A stretch of DNA of 64,000 nucleotides from Peribolospora baueri. Lineage: Eukaryota. The stretch lies in NCBI GenBank assembly GCA_029717555.1, contig JAMDHS010000018.1, positions 62,001 to 126,000 of the forward strand, read 5' to 3'. Below the pieces are notes generated by a model. The model had not been told where the DNA came from. It worked only from the letters and a program-made list of their open reading frames with translations, and made no database searches. A program made the translations under genes and the position numbers. Positions 61,109 to 64,000 of the stretch are shown in pieces (the first letter of the stretch is position 1; the number at the start of each line of letters is the position of its first letter).

Positions 61109-61586
61109 CGTAGCACCGCCACCCAGCGTAGGACCTCCTCGCGGAGCAGCGGTAGGTCCCGCAACCACTCCTTGCGCGCCAGGGAGGTGGTGCTCGTCCG
61201 ACAGACCCCTAGGCGCAAGGTCCACGTTCAGACTTGGGTCCACGGGAACCCGTTCGTGGCTGACAGCGGACTAGTCTCCACCCTCGAGGAGGACGAGCAA
61301 GAAATCTTCGGAACCTGGTCCCAGTGGTGCTCTGAGGCCTGGGGTCCGTATGACGACGCCATCGACCGAGGCACTTCCCGCTTCCTATCCGTTTCCCCGA
61401 GCCGCGACACGAACTGGTACAGCCAGAGCTACAAGCAGGGCCAGGTCGTTCCTACCTGTGCCTTGACACAGGGCGAGTCTTTCGTCTTCGAGTCTGGCGT
61501 CGACTCCACGGACGGTCCCGCAAGGAGTGGTTGCGGGACCTACCGCTGCTCCGCGAGGAGGTGCTACGCTGGGTGGCGGTGCTACG
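61109..61586. repeat. 68-bp inverted repeat (arms 61109-61176 and 61519-61586, one mismatch) around a 342-bp spacer
   Basis: Arm 2 is the reverse complement of arm 1 at 67 of 68 positions. Confidence 0.92.
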
Positions 61587-62434
61587 TCGCCAATGCCCTT
61601 TGCATTTTGGCACATTCCCTATGGTCACTGGTGTCAAACTCCCTATGTGTCGATTCTAATGCAAAGTGGAAAGATCGATTGAGACGTCGAGACCACACCA
61701 CGATGAGGAGAGGTTATGAGATGACCTTGCCTAGTGTGCTGTCCCCAGCTCCGGACCTCACCGTCGTTTGCAGTGGGGCTCCAATCGAGGCGGTGTCACG
61801 GGCTAGGTCCTAGTCCAGGCACGTGTAAATTAGCTGCGGCACCCGATCGGGTGGTTATCACCGGCATGCCAGAGGGAAGGGAAGCCTTTGGGGAGCTCAC
61901 TTTGGCGGAGCTCATGCGGTGTGTACTGCAGTGCCTTTGTTTTTCCGTCGATTCCATAGATGCTTGGTTTGTTCTTAAGGAATGATCCTGTTGATTCTGA
62001 GCTTCATATATATATAACAATGAACGGAGGTTAGAGGACCTCGGCTTCAAGAATTCTAAGATTTTCCGGCACCCGTGTTTGACGCGAAGATACCTACACT
62101 ACCCTATTCTCTCAAAGTTAGGGTTCTGCTGGAATGCGCGCCTTGACTGGACCGCCCTCCGTCCTGGTTGACAGGCTGATTTTGGCTACGTCGTTGCACG
62201 TTCTCTGCACAGTTTGGATAGCATCGTAAGTAGATGTTTGTGTTTTGGTCCTGTGAAGCTCATAACGTGTTGCAGAGATCGAGCTGAACACAACACTTTC
62301 CGACTGAAGGGCCGTCTGCAGTGGGAGCGCCGGTCGAGTCGTTGCGACGTAACATTCCTGTCAGCCGGCTTTTGTTCCAACGGTTTTCGCCAGCCCTTCC
62401 CTCGTCCCAAAATTCGCAATCACCTACGGCCCCT

Positions 62435-63717
62435 ATGGATCTTTCTCCACACATCAAGGAAGGGGTCGACGAGTTTGTCAAACATTTCGATCGCTCAAAG
62501 TTGCTCGCCATTGCCCTCGCAGCCAAAGGCTCCTCGGCAGCAGCGAACTGGACGGACAGCTTCGGCTATGGCAACATTCATGTTGTCATGCAGCTCCGAT
62601 TTGACGACGGTGCTCGCTGGGCTGCCAAGGTGCCGTGGAACGAGAAATGGGGAAGCACGTCGGACGATATGGAAAGGGAAGCCATACTCCTTCGTCATTT
62701 CGCTCAAGTCTTGCCTCATCTTCCCATACCTAGGGTCCACGCCTATGGCTTGGTCGAGGGCAGGAATGCTAACGTGGGCATTCCGTATATTTTGATGGAC
62801 TGGATGCACGGGTCGCCTCTGAGGTGGACTGAAAGCCAGCCTCCGACTACAAAGGCTCGTCACAAGGTGCTCCGTCAGATTGCTGCTTTCAACGTCGAAC
62901 TTCGTATGGCGTCACTACCTTCCCTCGAGAGTGCTCATATCCGTCCCCCACCGGACGACGTGACGCAGTGGCTGGTAGCCTTTGTCGATCGAAGGCTGAC
63001 CGGGATGTTGACGGGTCAAAGGAAAGGGTTTGATCTAGTCGACTTGTTTCTCCATCGACATCTCATCGAGAATCTCTGCGATCGACCGGAAGGGCCGGAA
63101 AAGGTACCCGCCTTCTTCGTTCACGATGATTTGAATAGCTCAAATGTTCTCGTCGGAAATGAGTACAAGGTCGTAGGGTAAGCTTCACATCATCCTTAGC
63201 CAGGCTGGAATCCCCGAGCGGTCGAAGGTGGACCATACTGAGGTGATGTGTATTGCACTCGCATGTCAACAGGATCCTCGACTGGAACGGGTTCAACGGC
63301 GGTCAGCTCCTCCCTTTCGTTCGCGCCATCTGTTTTCCGACCTTCCTGGACCACTCTAAAAGAGGGCCAATCTTCGATGCCGACCGAGCGGCGTACGTGG
63401 ACTTCTACCGTCAAGCAGAAGAAGAGAAAGGGGACGAGCTTTGCCAGCCGCGAGGCTGGCCACTGCTTGCGGATGATCAACTTCAAGAAGCCATGACTGC
63501 TCTGGATTGTCCCGGAGTTTTGAGAGAGATGTTCGAGGGAAGAGGACGCGGAGAGAAGGAGTGGGCTATCGCTGCGAAGCAGTTAGAGAAGTACGCCCGG
63601 ACGAAGGAAGGAATGCAGGCGGAAGTGGAGAGGTTGGATACGTTTGACCGGTTGCACGAAATGATCGCCGCGCATTCGGCGCCGGAGGAAGGGAAGGACT
63701 ACATCACCGGCGGGTAA
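62435..63717 (+). CDS. Aminoglycoside-phosphotransferase/choline-kinase-like (APH) protein kinase-fold protein
   Basis: G..HVVMQLRFDDGARWAAKVP, EREAILL...LPIPRVHAY, GIPYILMDWMHG, Brenner motif HDDLNSSNVLV, then one intron, then ILDW. Confidence 0.85.
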
Positions 63718-64000
63718 GTAGGGCTCGAGGCGTGGCCACTGTGATCATCGTGAACACGTCTGTCTCGCTTGGAATGATACTGGAGACAAAAGGATAAAGA
63801 AGATGGCGCAGCTACACGTCACTGTCATTCCAGAATAAGACGCTGCGTGTGATGAAGAAGCGTAGATAACGCTCCGCATGGGCCTGCAACGTCGAGTCAG
63901 CGTGGCACAATGTAAGCAATTGGGTCACGCTACCCTCGAATCGAACAGGAAACAATGACCACAGCCAATAAGACTTCAGATTGAACTTAGAATGTAGGGA

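Overview
A gene-dense, intron-rich, GC-rich fungal nuclear region, most likely from a basidiomycete (inferred from the short GT-AG introns, many micro-exons and the protein families present). About 24 genes or gene remnants can be reconstructed by hand-splicing. Most are housekeeping: amino-acid permease, AP-1 sigma, ceramide synthase, sugar porter plus SDR, uL2, PAS-GATA factor, Slm1-like BAR-PH, METTL3/Ime4, DCAF5-like WD40, AVT transporter, Sgd1/NOM1, Efm4 and Vps39. The standout is a compact three-gene thymine-salvage cluster at 30.3-37.9 kb: thymine 7-hydroxylase-like 2OG-Fe(II) dioxygenase, iso-orotate (uracil-5-carboxylate) decarboxylase and a divergently transcribed aldehyde dehydrogenase. 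Its promoters carry clustered GATA sites and the dioxygenase has an apparent mitochondrial presequence. Next to it sits a METTL3 orthologue whose catalytic motif splices to DPPY instead of DPPW. Other oddities: a dsRBD-like+RRM+CCCH protein, two small orphan ORFs, convergent genes whose stop codons are 4 bp apart, a 5'-truncated vanillyl-alcohol-oxidase gene, and a near-perfect 68-bp inverted repeat. All family assignments come from motif recognition only; no database searches were run.
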